A DNA stretch of 63,484 nucleotides, the filler included. It is 6 parts of 6 records of this genome, joined end to end, with 100 filler letters (N's around TTAATTAATTAA, not from the genome) between each part and the next. Parts side by side here need not be neighbours in the genome. Positions count along the whole stretch, not along the records: positions 18,765 to 33,341 come from SRR20825019_2651; 5 more parts are not named here. One strand, given 5' to 3'. A model generated the notes under the pieces. The model was not told the DNA's origin. It was given only the letters and a program-made list of their open reading frames with translations, and searched no databases. Made by a program: the position numbers and the translations under genes. This document shows, piece after piece, positions 21,942 to 30,061 of this stretch (its first letter is position 1; every line of letters starts with the position of its first letter).

Positions 21942-24446
21942 ATGGAATTCGATCTCGATCAGCGCACTGCGTCATTCAGCGTCGGCGAATTTTCCAACTT
22001 CACCGTTGGCCCTCAAAGCTCGGGCGGCAATCTGCAATCCGGCATTTGGCGCGCCCAACTCGGCACCCAATGGCACCATGAACTGCGTCAGCAAGTCAGC
22101 AGCGAACGCCACGACGCCGAATTCGAAGTCACTATCAAGGGCCAGATCGTGCACCGCGGATGGACGCTTTCATTCAACGGTCGCATCGACCAAATCATTC
22201 CCCCGCCTGAGGAAAAATCCAAACGTCACCTATTAAGTGACATTCAATCCCGACCGGTAACCCTGCGCGAAATCAAAACGGTCACCCGGGCCCTCCCGGT
22301 TGATGAAGGGGAACTTCGTCGCGATTACCCAGAGTATTTCACCCAGGTCGCCACCTACCTGACTCTTCAACGAATCGCGGAGCCTCACAGGAAATTCACC
22401 GCCGAACTTTTGTTTATCGAAACGGCCAGTGGTCTCGCGCAAACCGTGGCTCTCACTCTGGCCGACGAATCCATCCATCGCGCCCAACTCGAGCGTGTCA
22501 CCGAATTCCTCAATCTACGTCTCCAATCACGCGAGCGACTCAGGAACCTGCGCTTTCGACCTGCGTTTGCAACGCCGCGGCCCGGTCAGGAAACCACCAG
22601 TGCCGAACTCACGGCCGCGTTTGAAAAAAATCCTGCCGTCCTTTTCGAAGCTCCCACGGGATTCGGAAAAACCGGCGTCCTCCTCGAGTTCGCTCTCGGA
22701 CAATTACGCTCCGGGCACTTCGATCGCGTCCTCTACCTGACCAGTAAATCCACCGGTCAAATCCAAGTCATTCACCAACTCACCGCCATGACCGCCCCAA
22801 CTGAAAGTAACCTAATAGGTTACTCTCAGTCAGATCCAGTTGGTGATCAGAAGGATACTTCAGCTGAAAAGTGTAACCAAGCTGGTTACACTTCGGCAGA
22901 AAGTGATGAAGGGCAATCGGTGGCGGCGTGGCATGTGCGGAATAAAGCCGAGCATTGCGTGAATCACACGTTTCACTGCGTGCGGGAGAGTTGTTCGTAT
23001 TTAAAAGACATGGAATCCCGTTGGCCGAGCAGTGGACTTGCCCGATTCTATCGCTTCGAAAACCACGCCCGCGATCTGGCCACTCTCAGGTCCGCCGGGA
23101 AGGAAGCGCAAATCTGTCCTTACGAAATCACCAGGGCTGCGCTCGCGTTCAACGATATCTGGATCGGCGATTACAACTATGTCTTTGCTCCACGAAACCG
23201 CACCTTGTTCTACGATCAACCCGGATTCGATCCGGCGCGCACTTTGCTGATCCTGGACGAAGCCCATAACCTGCCTTCGCGGGCCGCCGACGCTCTCTCA
23301 CATCACGTGCAGGTCGGCGAAGTCAGAGCGATACTCCCTGAGCTTGATCATCTGCAGGCCCCTTCCTCGCTCGTCCGCGCCTGGGAGAGTTATATCCAGT
23401 TCCTCAGCGCCCTTCTCCCCATGGAGGTATTACCGCACGCGTTGGAAGACGACTTGATCGATACGCTGGAGCGGATTGTAAACCAGCTCTCCACGCAACC
23501 ACTCGACTTCGCCGCACTGGGCCCCGAATTCAGCGACCAACTCTGGCGAACCAACGATTTGCTGGAATGGCTGCGTAATCATCACCTGATCAAACTCCTC
23601 TGGTGCCCGCGTGAAGGTGAACTTGCCTTCACCTGTCTCGATGCATCAACCGCCGTTGGAGAAACACTCCGCAGCTACGGTGGCGTCGTGCTCGCCTCGG
23701 CCACCTTGAGTCCTTCCGTCGAGTTTACCGAATACATCGGCATGCAACCTGACTCGACGATTCCCGGCACCCCATTATCCTGGCTGTCCGCAAGCACCCC
23801 ATGGCGGGATAACGCCTACGATGTCGCGGTCGATGCCCGGATCGACACGAGTTATTCGCAACGCCAGCGCTATCTGTCCACCACCGCCCAAACCGTGGCG
23901 ATCCTACAGGAATCCGCGAACAGTCCGATCGCCGTGTTTTTTCCCAGCTACGCCTACGCCGAATCCGTGCTCAAATCACTCCGGGATGAGGGCGCGATGC
24001 TCCGTGTCGCCATGCAGCCACGAATCCGTGATCTGCAAACTCAAGCCAAGTGGGTTGAGGAATCCCTCGTGCTCGCCGACGCCCTCTTTCTCGTGCTCGG
24101 CAGCAGTTTCGCTGAGAGCATCGATTTACTTGGCGGCCGCATCAGTCACGCCATGGTCGTCGGTCCCGCCCTGCCGGAAGTGAATGCGGTGCAACGCGCA
24201 CGCGTAGCCGAACTCGAACCGCTCGGGCGCGAAGCCGCCTTCCGCAGAGTCTACCAAGTCCCGGGGCTCCAAAAAGTGAATCAGGCCCTCGGTCGTCTCG
24301 TGCGTGCTCCCGGACAAAAAGCCAAAGTGCTCCTCCATTGCCGCCGCTTCGCCGATGCCCGCTACGCCAATCTCTTGGCCAGAGATTACCAATTCGGTGT
24401 GAATATTGAGAATGACGGCGATCTCACAGCCTGGCTCGAGAATTGA
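21942..24446 (+). CDS. PD-(D/E)XK (RecB/Cas4-like) nuclease fused to an Fe-S XPD/DinG-family helicase
   Basis: Nuclease: GTQWH, GRID, EIKT, QVATY. Helicase: APTGFGKT, four Cys (HC..HC..SC..ICPYE), DYNYVF, DEAHNL, SATL, FFPSY, QALGRLVR. Confidence 0.9.
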   Translation: MEFDLDQRTASFSVGEFSNFTVGPQSSGGNLQSGIWRAQLGTQWHHELRQQVSSERHDAEFEVTIKGQIVHRGWTLSFNGRIDQIIPPPEEKSKRHLLSDIQSRPVTLREIKTVTRALPVDEGELRRDYPEYFTQVATYLTLQRIAEPHRKFTAELLFIETASGLAQTVALTLADESIHRAQLERVTEFLNLRLQSRERLRNLRFRPAFATPRPGQETTSAELTAAFEKNPAVLFEAPTGFGKTGVLLEFALGQLRSGHFDRVLYLTSKSTGQIQVIHQLTAMTAPTESNLIGYSQSDPVGDQKDTSAEKCNQAGYTSAESDEGQSVAAWHVRNKAEHCVNHTFHCVRESCSYLKDMESRWPSSGLARFYRFENHARDLATLRSAGKEAQICPYEITRAALAFNDIWIGDYNYVFAPRNRTLFYDQPGFDPARTLLILDEAHNLPSRAADALSHHVQVGEVRAILPELDHLQAPSSLVRAWESYIQFLSALLPMEVLPHALEDDLIDTLERIVNQLSTQPLDFAALGPEFSDQLWRTNDLLEWLRNHHLIKLLWCPREGELAFTCLDASTAVGETLRSYGGVVLASATLSPSVEFTEYIGMQPDSTIPGTPLSWLSASTPWRDNAYDVAVDARIDTSYSQRQRYLSTTAQTVAILQESANSPIAVFFPSYAYAESVLKSLRDEGAMLRVAMQPRIRDLQTQAKWVEESLVLADALFLVLGSSFAESIDLLGGRISHAMVVGPALPEVNAVQRARVAELEPLGREAAFRRVYQVPGLQKVNQALGRLVRAPGQKAKVLLHCRRFADARYANLLARDYQFGVNIENDGDLTAWLEN
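22225..22241. repeat. Intragenic palindrome GTCAC-N7-GTGAC (copy 1)
   Basis: GTCAC CTATTAA GTGAC, translated RHLLSD. Confidence 0.7.
22801..22829. repeat. Intragenic palindrome GTAAC-N7-GTTAC (copy 2, extended stem)
   Basis: CTGAAA GTAAC CTAATAG GTTAC TCTCAG; core 22807-22823, translated SNLIGY. Confidence 0.8.
22869..22893. repeat. Intragenic palindrome GTAAC-N7-GTTAC (copy 3, extended stem)
   Basis: AAGT GTAAC CAAGCTG GTTAC ACTT; core 22873-22889, translated CNQAGY. Confidence 0.8.
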
Positions 24447-24523
24447 GCGTCTCTTCCTCGTTAGAGGAACGATTTATACTTTCCTCTTTACCGGCACCGA
24501 CAGCGCCTTCAAAACCAAGGCCT

Positions 24524-25087
24524 GTGGCCAAAGTAAACACCCTCGGATCCGATGAAATCAACACCGCCGTTCAGCGGTTGGCCGAGGCTATTTTTCAACG
24601 ACACGCCAAAACCAAGGATTTAGTTCTCCTCGGAATCGCCAATGGAGGGATTGAGCTCACTCGCCGCCTCGCGGGCATCCTCAAAATCAAGCACACCGGC
24701 ACGATTGATGTTTCCTTTCACCGCGACGACATCGACCAGAACCCGATCCCCAAGGAGTTTTCGCCGACCATCATCCCGTTTGATGTGCATGGTGCGACCG
24801 TAATTTTGGTGGACGACGTGCTCTACTCCGGTCGCACCGTCAAAGCCGCTCTCGACGAACTCTTCGACCACGGGCGGCCTGATAAAGTCGAACTCGCAGT
24901 GCTCGTCGATCGAGGTGGCCGGATGCTCCCGATGTCCGCCGACTACACCGGACTCACGATTACTCCCGGCTCGAATCAAAAAGTCGGCGTAAATCTACAT
25001 GACAGCGATACCACGCAGGATTTCGTTTCAATCGAATCCGCCAAAGGACATTCCAAAATCAGCAATCGAAAATCCAAAATCCGCTAA
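24524..25087 (+). CDS. pyrR: PyrR bifunctional regulator/uracil phosphoribosyltransferase
   Basis: IDVSFHRDD, VILVDDVLYSGRTVKAALD, LAVLVDRGGR; precedes pyrB. GTG start inferred. Confidence 0.92.
   Translation: MAKVNTLGSDEINTAVQRLAEAIFQRHAKTKDLVLLGIANGGIELTRRLAGILKIKHTGTIDVSFHRDDIDQNPIPKEFSPTIIPFDVHGATVILVDDVLYSGRTVKAALDELFDHGRPDKVELAVLVDRGGRMLPMSADYTGLTITPGSNQKVGVNLHDSDTTQDFVSIESAKGHSKISNRKSKIR
25050..25084 (+). repeat. Five tandem heptamers (AATCnnn) forming the PyrR C-terminal tail
   Basis: ATTCCAA AATCAGC AATCGAA AATCCAA AATCCGC then TAA; translated SKISNRKSKIR. Confidence 0.7.
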
Positions 25088-26031
25088 TGCCCTGGACGCG
25101 CCGCCATCTCATCACGCTCGAAGAGCTCAGTCTCGAAGAGATTGATCAAATCCACACCACTGCCGCAGCTTTCAAACGCACGCTGAAACGCAGCGTCAAA
25201 AAGGTGCCCGCCCTCCGCGGCAAAACGATCGTTAATCTTTTCCTCGAACCGAGCACTCGCACGCGCATGGCGTTTGATATGGCGGCGAAGCGTCTGAGTG
25301 CCGATGTGATCTCACTTGATGGGGCCAGATCCTCCACCACGAAGGGCGAATCACTGCGTGACACCGCTGAAAACATTCAAGCGCTTCAGGCCGATATGAT
25401 TGTGCTCCGACATGGAGCACCCGGCGCGCCGCTCTATCTTTCAAAAATCCTCGATATTCCCGTGATCAACGCCGGAGACGGTGCCCATGAGCATCCTACC
25501 CAGGGTCTGCTCGACACTTTTACGATGCGTGAGCGGCTCGGATCACTTAAAGGCCGCAAGGTCGTGATTCTCGGAGATATTCTGTTCTCCCGGGTCGCTC
25601 GATCCAATCTGCACGCGCTTCGTAAATTCGGTGCCGATGTCACCGTAGTCGGCCCCTCGACTCTGGTGCCCCAACACTTCGCCGCCTTTGGGGCCAAGGT
25701 CTCGCACGATCTGCGCAGCGCGCTCGCCGATGCGGAAGTGGTCATGCTGCTTCGTATCCAGCACGAACGCCAATCGAAGGGGATGTTTCCTTCGCTCGGC
25801 GAATACACGAGTCTCTTCGGTCTCAACAACACGCGCGCCTCCTGGCTCAACCCGAAGGCGATCATCATGCATCCCGGCCCGATCAATCGTGGCGTCGAAA
25901 TCGACAGCGATCTCGCCGATGGAGAACGCAGCGTGATTCTCGATCAAGTCACCAATGGTATCGCCGTCCGGATGGCCGTTCTCTATCTCTGCAGCGGCGG
26001 CCAACCGGAATACGTCACCGTCACGGACTAA
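25087..26031 (+). CDS. pyrB: Aspartate carbamoyltransferase catalytic subunit
   Basis: FLEPSTRTR, NAGDGAHEHPTQ, LRIQHER, MHPGPINRG. Confidence 0.97.
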   Translation: MPWTRRHLITLEELSLEEIDQIHTTAAAFKRTLKRSVKKVPALRGKTIVNLFLEPSTRTRMAFDMAAKRLSADVISLDGARSSTTKGESLRDTAENIQALQADMIVLRHGAPGAPLYLSKILDIPVINAGDGAHEHPTQGLLDTFTMRERLGSLKGRKVVILGDILFSRVARSNLHALRKFGADVTVVGPSTLVPQHFAAFGAKVSHDLRSALADAEVVMLLRIQHERQSKGMFPSLGEYTSLFGLNNTRASWLNPKAIIMHPGPINRGVEIDSDLADGERSVILDQVTNGIAVRMAVLYLCSGGQPEYVTVTD

Positions 26032-26045
26032 ACACTTTTTCTGCT

Positions 26046-27335
26046 ATGCCTTCACTTTGGATTAAAAATGCCCGCGTCATCGATCCCGCTACCAAGCGTG
26101 ACGCCGTGGGCGATCTGTTCGTTAAAAACGGCCTGATGGTTGCGTCGCTCTCCGCGACCGATCGCAAACGCGCCAAGGTCATCGACGCGACCGGACTGGT
26201 CGCCTGTCCCGGACTGGTCGATGTGCATGTGCATTTCCGCGAACCCGGACAAACTCACAAAGAGACGATTCAAACCGGTTCACACGCCGCCGCCGCCGGT
26301 GGATTCACCACCGTGGTTTGCATGCCGAACACATCACCTCCCGCCAGTTCGCCCGGCACGATTCAATACATTAACGACGCGATTAAACGCGACGCCGTGG
26401 TGAAGGTTTATCCCACCGGATGCATCACGGTGGATATGAAAGGCGAAGCGCTCGCCCCGATCGGTTCTCTCAAAAAGGCGGGCGTCGTCGCGATCACCGA
26501 TGATGGCGATTGCGTGCAGTCCAACGAACTGATGCGTCGCGCCTGCGAATACGCAAAAATGTTTGATCTCCCGATCATGGATCACTGTCAGGACCACTCC
26601 ATGACGGTAGGCGCAGTCATGAACGAAGGCGAAGTCTCCACCCGCCTGGGCTTACAAGGTTGGCCCAATGCGGCCGAAGATCTGATCGTGGCCCGAAACA
26701 TCATTCTTTCGACTTACACGGGTGCGCATATTCACATGCAGCACATCTCTTCAAAGAATGCGGTCGAGCTGATCCGGCGCGCGAAAAAGCGCAAAATCAA
26801 CGTCTCCGCCGAAGCGATGCCCCATCACATGGCACTGACCGATGAATCGCTCTCAACCTATAATACGAATTTCAAGATGAACCCGCCGTTGCGGACCGAG
26901 GAAGACCGTCAGGCCCTCATCGAGGGCGTTAAGGATGGCACCATCGATATTGTGGCGACCGATCATGCCCCGCATACGAATTACGAAAAGGATATGGAAT
27001 TCGATTATGCACCGAATGGAATCATCGGTTTGGAAACCGCCCTCCCGGTCACACTCGGGGTGCTCGTAAAGGAAGCTAAAATGAAGCTTCCCCGCGTTAT
27101 CGATCTGCTGACCCGCCTTCCCGCCAAATTGTTCAATCTTCCGGCCGGCACCCTCGAACCGGATACCGCTGCAGACATCTGCCTCTTCGATCCCAAGGAA
27201 AAATGGGTTTACGACGCCCCCGCCGGTTTCAGCAAGTCCGGTAATTCCCCATGGGATGGCGAAACTCTGACCGGCCGGATCAAGACCACCATCGTGGATG
27301 GTCGCATCGTCTACAACGGCAAGCGGATCGTTTAA
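26046..27335 (+). CDS. pyrC: Dihydroorotase
   Basis: DVHVHFREPG, MPNTSP, KMNPPLR, ATDHAPH; follows pyrB. Confidence 0.95.
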   Translation: MPSLWIKNARVIDPATKRDAVGDLFVKNGLMVASLSATDRKRAKVIDATGLVACPGLVDVHVHFREPGQTHKETIQTGSHAAAAGGFTTVVCMPNTSPPASSPGTIQYINDAIKRDAVVKVYPTGCITVDMKGEALAPIGSLKKAGVVAITDDGDCVQSNELMRRACEYAKMFDLPIMDHCQDHSMTVGAVMNEGEVSTRLGLQGWPNAAEDLIVARNIILSTYTGAHIHMQHISSKNAVELIRRAKKRKINVSAEAMPHHMALTDESLSTYNTNFKMNPPLRTEEDRQALIEGVKDGTIDIVATDHAPHTNYEKDMEFDYAPNGIIGLETALPVTLGVLVKEAKMKLPRVIDLLTRLPAKLFNLPAGTLEPDTAADICLFDPKEKWVYDAPAGFSKSGNSPWDGETLTGRIKTTIVDGRIVYNGKRIV

Positions 27336-27387
27336 ACCTGTGCAGTTGACGTTGCGCCGGAGGTAATTTTCCGCCGCACTCGGGACA

Positions 27388-28209
27388 ATGCCCATCGATT
27401 CCACTGTCGTTATTCTATCTGTCGAGCTGCTCCTGATGATGGGAGGCTGCTACCTGTTGTGGCTCCATTGGTTGAGCAAGTCGGCCAGTCAACGAGCACT
27501 CGAGGCAAAAGAAGCGCTTCCGGCCTGGGACCTCAATCTCACGAGCTTTCTTCTTTTCCTCTGGATTCTATTCTGCGGCGGACTGCTGGGGCAATCGATC
27601 CTCTCTCTCCTCATCGATCGAGAGACTATCAGTGTCGCCAGTCTCACCGTCGTCGCAGGAGCCGCGTTTCACGGCGGCATGCTGATCGGAATACTCGTTT
27701 TTAAATATTTCTTCGATCGATTCCCGGCCCTTCCCGCCAAGCGAATCACTCTCCCTCGAAAACTACTCATCGGCGGGGCGACCGTCTTGATCGTCTTACC
27801 CTGTATCGCGATCGTCGGCCTGCTCTGGCAGAACGTCCTGCGGGCGATGGGAATCGCGCTGGAGCAACAGGATTTGATTGGTATTTTCGCCGAGGAGGAA
27901 TCCTCGCTTTTGCTGATTTTGATGACTTGCCTAGCCATCACGCTGGCCCCCATTACCGAAGAACTGATTTTTCGCGGAGGTATTTTCCGCTACATGCGAA
28001 CCCGCACTCCTCGATGGGTGGCGCTGTTGGTGCCAGCCCTCCTTTTCGGCGCTCTCCACGGTAATCTCGCGAGCTTTGCCCCCTTGGTCATGCTCGGCAT
28101 CATTCTCTCGCTTGCCTACGAACGCAGCGGAAGCATCATCGTGCCCATCGTCGCACACGGGCTGTTTAACCTGAACACGATCCTGCTGATTCTGGGCGGC
28201 GTTAATTAG
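27388..28209 (+). CDS. CPBP (CAAX/Abi) intramembrane metalloprotease
   Basis: APITEELIFRG, LFGALH, AHGLFN. Confidence 0.92.
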   Translation: MPIDSTVVILSVELLLMMGGCYLLWLHWLSKSASQRALEAKEALPAWDLNLTSFLLFLWILFCGGLLGQSILSLLIDRETISVASLTVVAGAAFHGGMLIGILVFKYFFDRFPALPAKRITLPRKLLIGGATVLIVLPCIAIVGLLWQNVLRAMGIALEQQDLIGIFAEEESSLLLILMTCLAITLAPITEELIFRGGIFRYMRTRTPRWVALLVPALLFGALHGNLASFAPLVMLGIILSLAYERSGSIIVPIVAHGLFNLNTILLILGGVN

Positions 28210-28216
28210 GAGCCCC

Positions 28217-29146
28217 ATGTCACTTTACACGAGCATACCTGACGATTCCGTTGCATCGCTCGGCGAAGGTTGTCTCATCCGTGCGATCAAACGTTGGCTG
28301 GGATCAGCCACCCCGGAATCTCCCTCTGGAATCGGTGACGATTGCGCCCAATTCCCTGCATCGGATCGATCCCAGCTTATCACGGTTGATCCGGTGGTTT
28401 ACGGAAAACATTTTGATGATCAGGTCGCACCACGCCACGTCGGTGCGAAGCTGCTCAAGCGCAATCTCAGCGACATCGCCGCCATGGGCGGACTACCCAC
28501 TGTTGCTGTCATTGCCCTTCAACTCGACCCACGCACCAAACTCGATTGGATCGAGGCTTTCTATCGCGGTCTCGCCGCCTGCGCGCGCCACTATGGAGTT
28601 AAGATCATTGGAGGTGATGTGGCACAGACCGAAAATCATTTTTCTGCGAGCCTCACATTACTCGGCACCGCTACCACGAAACGCGTGCTCACTCGAAAAG
28701 GAGCCCGGATCGGTGATGCCTTCTACGTCACCGGTCGCCTCGGCGGAAGTCTCGGAAGTGGACACCATTTTCGATTCAAACCGAGGCTGGCCGAAGGGGC
28801 GTGGCTGGCGAAGCAACGCGAGGTGTTGGCGATGATGGATCTGAGCGACGGATTGGGTAAAGATCTGCGTGCCCTCATTCCGGACGAAGCTCGCGTTTCC
28901 CTCGATCACGACGCTCTTCCACTCAACAGGGGATACGACGTCAATGCCGCCATCAATGATGGCGAGGATTACGAACTGCTGTTTGCCGTCTCCGGGCGCA
29001 CCAAACACGAAACCTTTTTACGCAAATGGCGGAAGCAGTTTCCCCGCGTGCGACTCAGCCGCATTGGCGAACTGGTTTCCGATCAGGAAGTCAGCGGACG
29101 CTCACTCAACTTGGAATGTTACTACGGCTATGAGCATCTGCGATAA
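28217..29146 (+). CDS. thiL: Thiamine-monophosphate kinase
   Basis: GIGDDCA, NLSDIAAMGG, IIGGD, MDLSDGL, GEDYELLF. Confidence 0.95.
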   Translation: MSLYTSIPDDSVASLGEGCLIRAIKRWLGSATPESPSGIGDDCAQFPASDRSQLITVDPVVYGKHFDDQVAPRHVGAKLLKRNLSDIAAMGGLPTVAVIALQLDPRTKLDWIEAFYRGLAACARHYGVKIIGGDVAQTENHFSASLTLLGTATTKRVLTRKGARIGDAFYVTGRLGGSLGSGHHFRFKPRLAEGAWLAKQREVLAMMDLSDGLGKDLRALIPDEARVSLDHDALPLNRGYDVNAAINDGEDYELLFAVSGRTKHETFLRKWRKQFPRVRLSRIGELVSDQEVSGRSLNLECYYGYEHLR

Positions 29147-29576
29147 ACTGCGGGCAGGCGTGACCACCGAGTCCGCCGAAGAGACCGAGCGTCTCGCGGC
29201 GCAGTTTGCGACCGAACTACCAGCCGACACGACCCTCGCCCTGCATGGTGATCTCGGAGTGGGCAAAACCACTTTCGTGCGCGGGCTCGCCCGTGGGCTC
29301 GGAATCGAGGGCGATGTGACGAGTCCGACTTTTTCGATCTACACCCTCTATCGCGGCAAGCGCACTCTCGTGCATCTTGATGCCTATCGTTTGGAAAGCG
29401 CCCAGGAAATTGATGACCTCCTGTTGGAAGATTTCCTCACCACGCCCTACTGTCTCGCGATTGAATGGCCTGAAAAAATCGCGACCTGGGTTCCCGATAC
29501 GGCGCTGCATCTCGATCTCGGCATCACCGCCGATGAAAACCATACGATCAGCCTCCGCCGCACACCAGGCACTTAG
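29130..29576 (+). CDS. tsaE: tRNA t6A biosynthesis ATPase TsaE
   Basis: LHGDLGVGKTTFVRG, VTSPTF, HLDAYRL, IEWPE. ATG at 29130 overlaps the end of thiL. Confidence 0.95.
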   Translation: MSICDKLRAGVTTESAEETERLAAQFATELPADTTLALHGDLGVGKTTFVRGLARGLGIEGDVTSPTFSIYTLYRGKRTLVHLDAYRLESAQEIDDLLLEDFLTTPYCLAIEWPEKIATWVPDTALHLDLGITADENHTISLRRTPGT

Positions 29577-30037
29577 GATGCGGGTAAGATCACGGCGACA
29601 TAATCGCCGGTAAATTCCCCTACCTGCTGCCCTTCAACCTTTAGACTCGCTCGCAACGAGGTCCGCGCTCTGCCATGGCGCATCAAGGTGTGTTTCATCT
29701 TACCCCACTCGTCTTCCGATAGCCCTACACAATGCGCGGTGAAGTCCGCTTCGATCGGTAATTCATATTCCATCTGATTGCGCTGAATCACGACCCGACA
29801 TTTCAGCCCTTCATCCAACAGAGCCCAATGCAACCACGTCCAGGCGGAGAGAATCGCCACGGCAGAGGCGCTGCCACCAAACACCGTCGCACGATGATTC
29901 ACATTGGCTTCCAAAGACGCCTCAAGCACGACTTCGGACATCGTGCAGCGGTGCACCCGCACGGCCATCGCAGCAGAGATCGGGATATGCGCGTGCAGAT
30001 ACGCTTCAACCTCAGTTGGCGCACGGGATGGACTCAT
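29573..30037 (-). CDS. Hot-dog fold thioesterase (YiiD C-terminal type)
   Basis: YLHAHIPIS, ANVNHRATVFGGS, F.GDYVA. Confidence 0.85.
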   Translation of the reverse strand: MSPSRAPTEVEAYLHAHIPISAAMAVRVHRCTMSEVVLEASLEANVNHRATVFGGSASAVAILSAWTWLHWALLDEGLKCRVVIQRNQMEYELPIEADFTAHCVGLSEDEWGKMKHTLMRHGRARTSLRASLKVEGQQVGEFTGDYVAVILPAS

Positions 30038-30061
30038 CGCGAAGTCGGATCGAGCAGAAGC

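Noticed and set aside
21942-22500. Cas4-like nuclease domain as evidence of CRISPR-Cas
   Set aside because: No repeat-spacer array or other cas gene is present. The domain lacks the Cas4 cysteines and is fused to a housekeeping-type helicase.
22843-22858. A fourth, degenerate palindrome (GTGAT-CAGAAG-GATAC) between copies 2 and 3
   Set aside because: The spacer is 6 nt and the arms are not complementary, so it is too weak to count.
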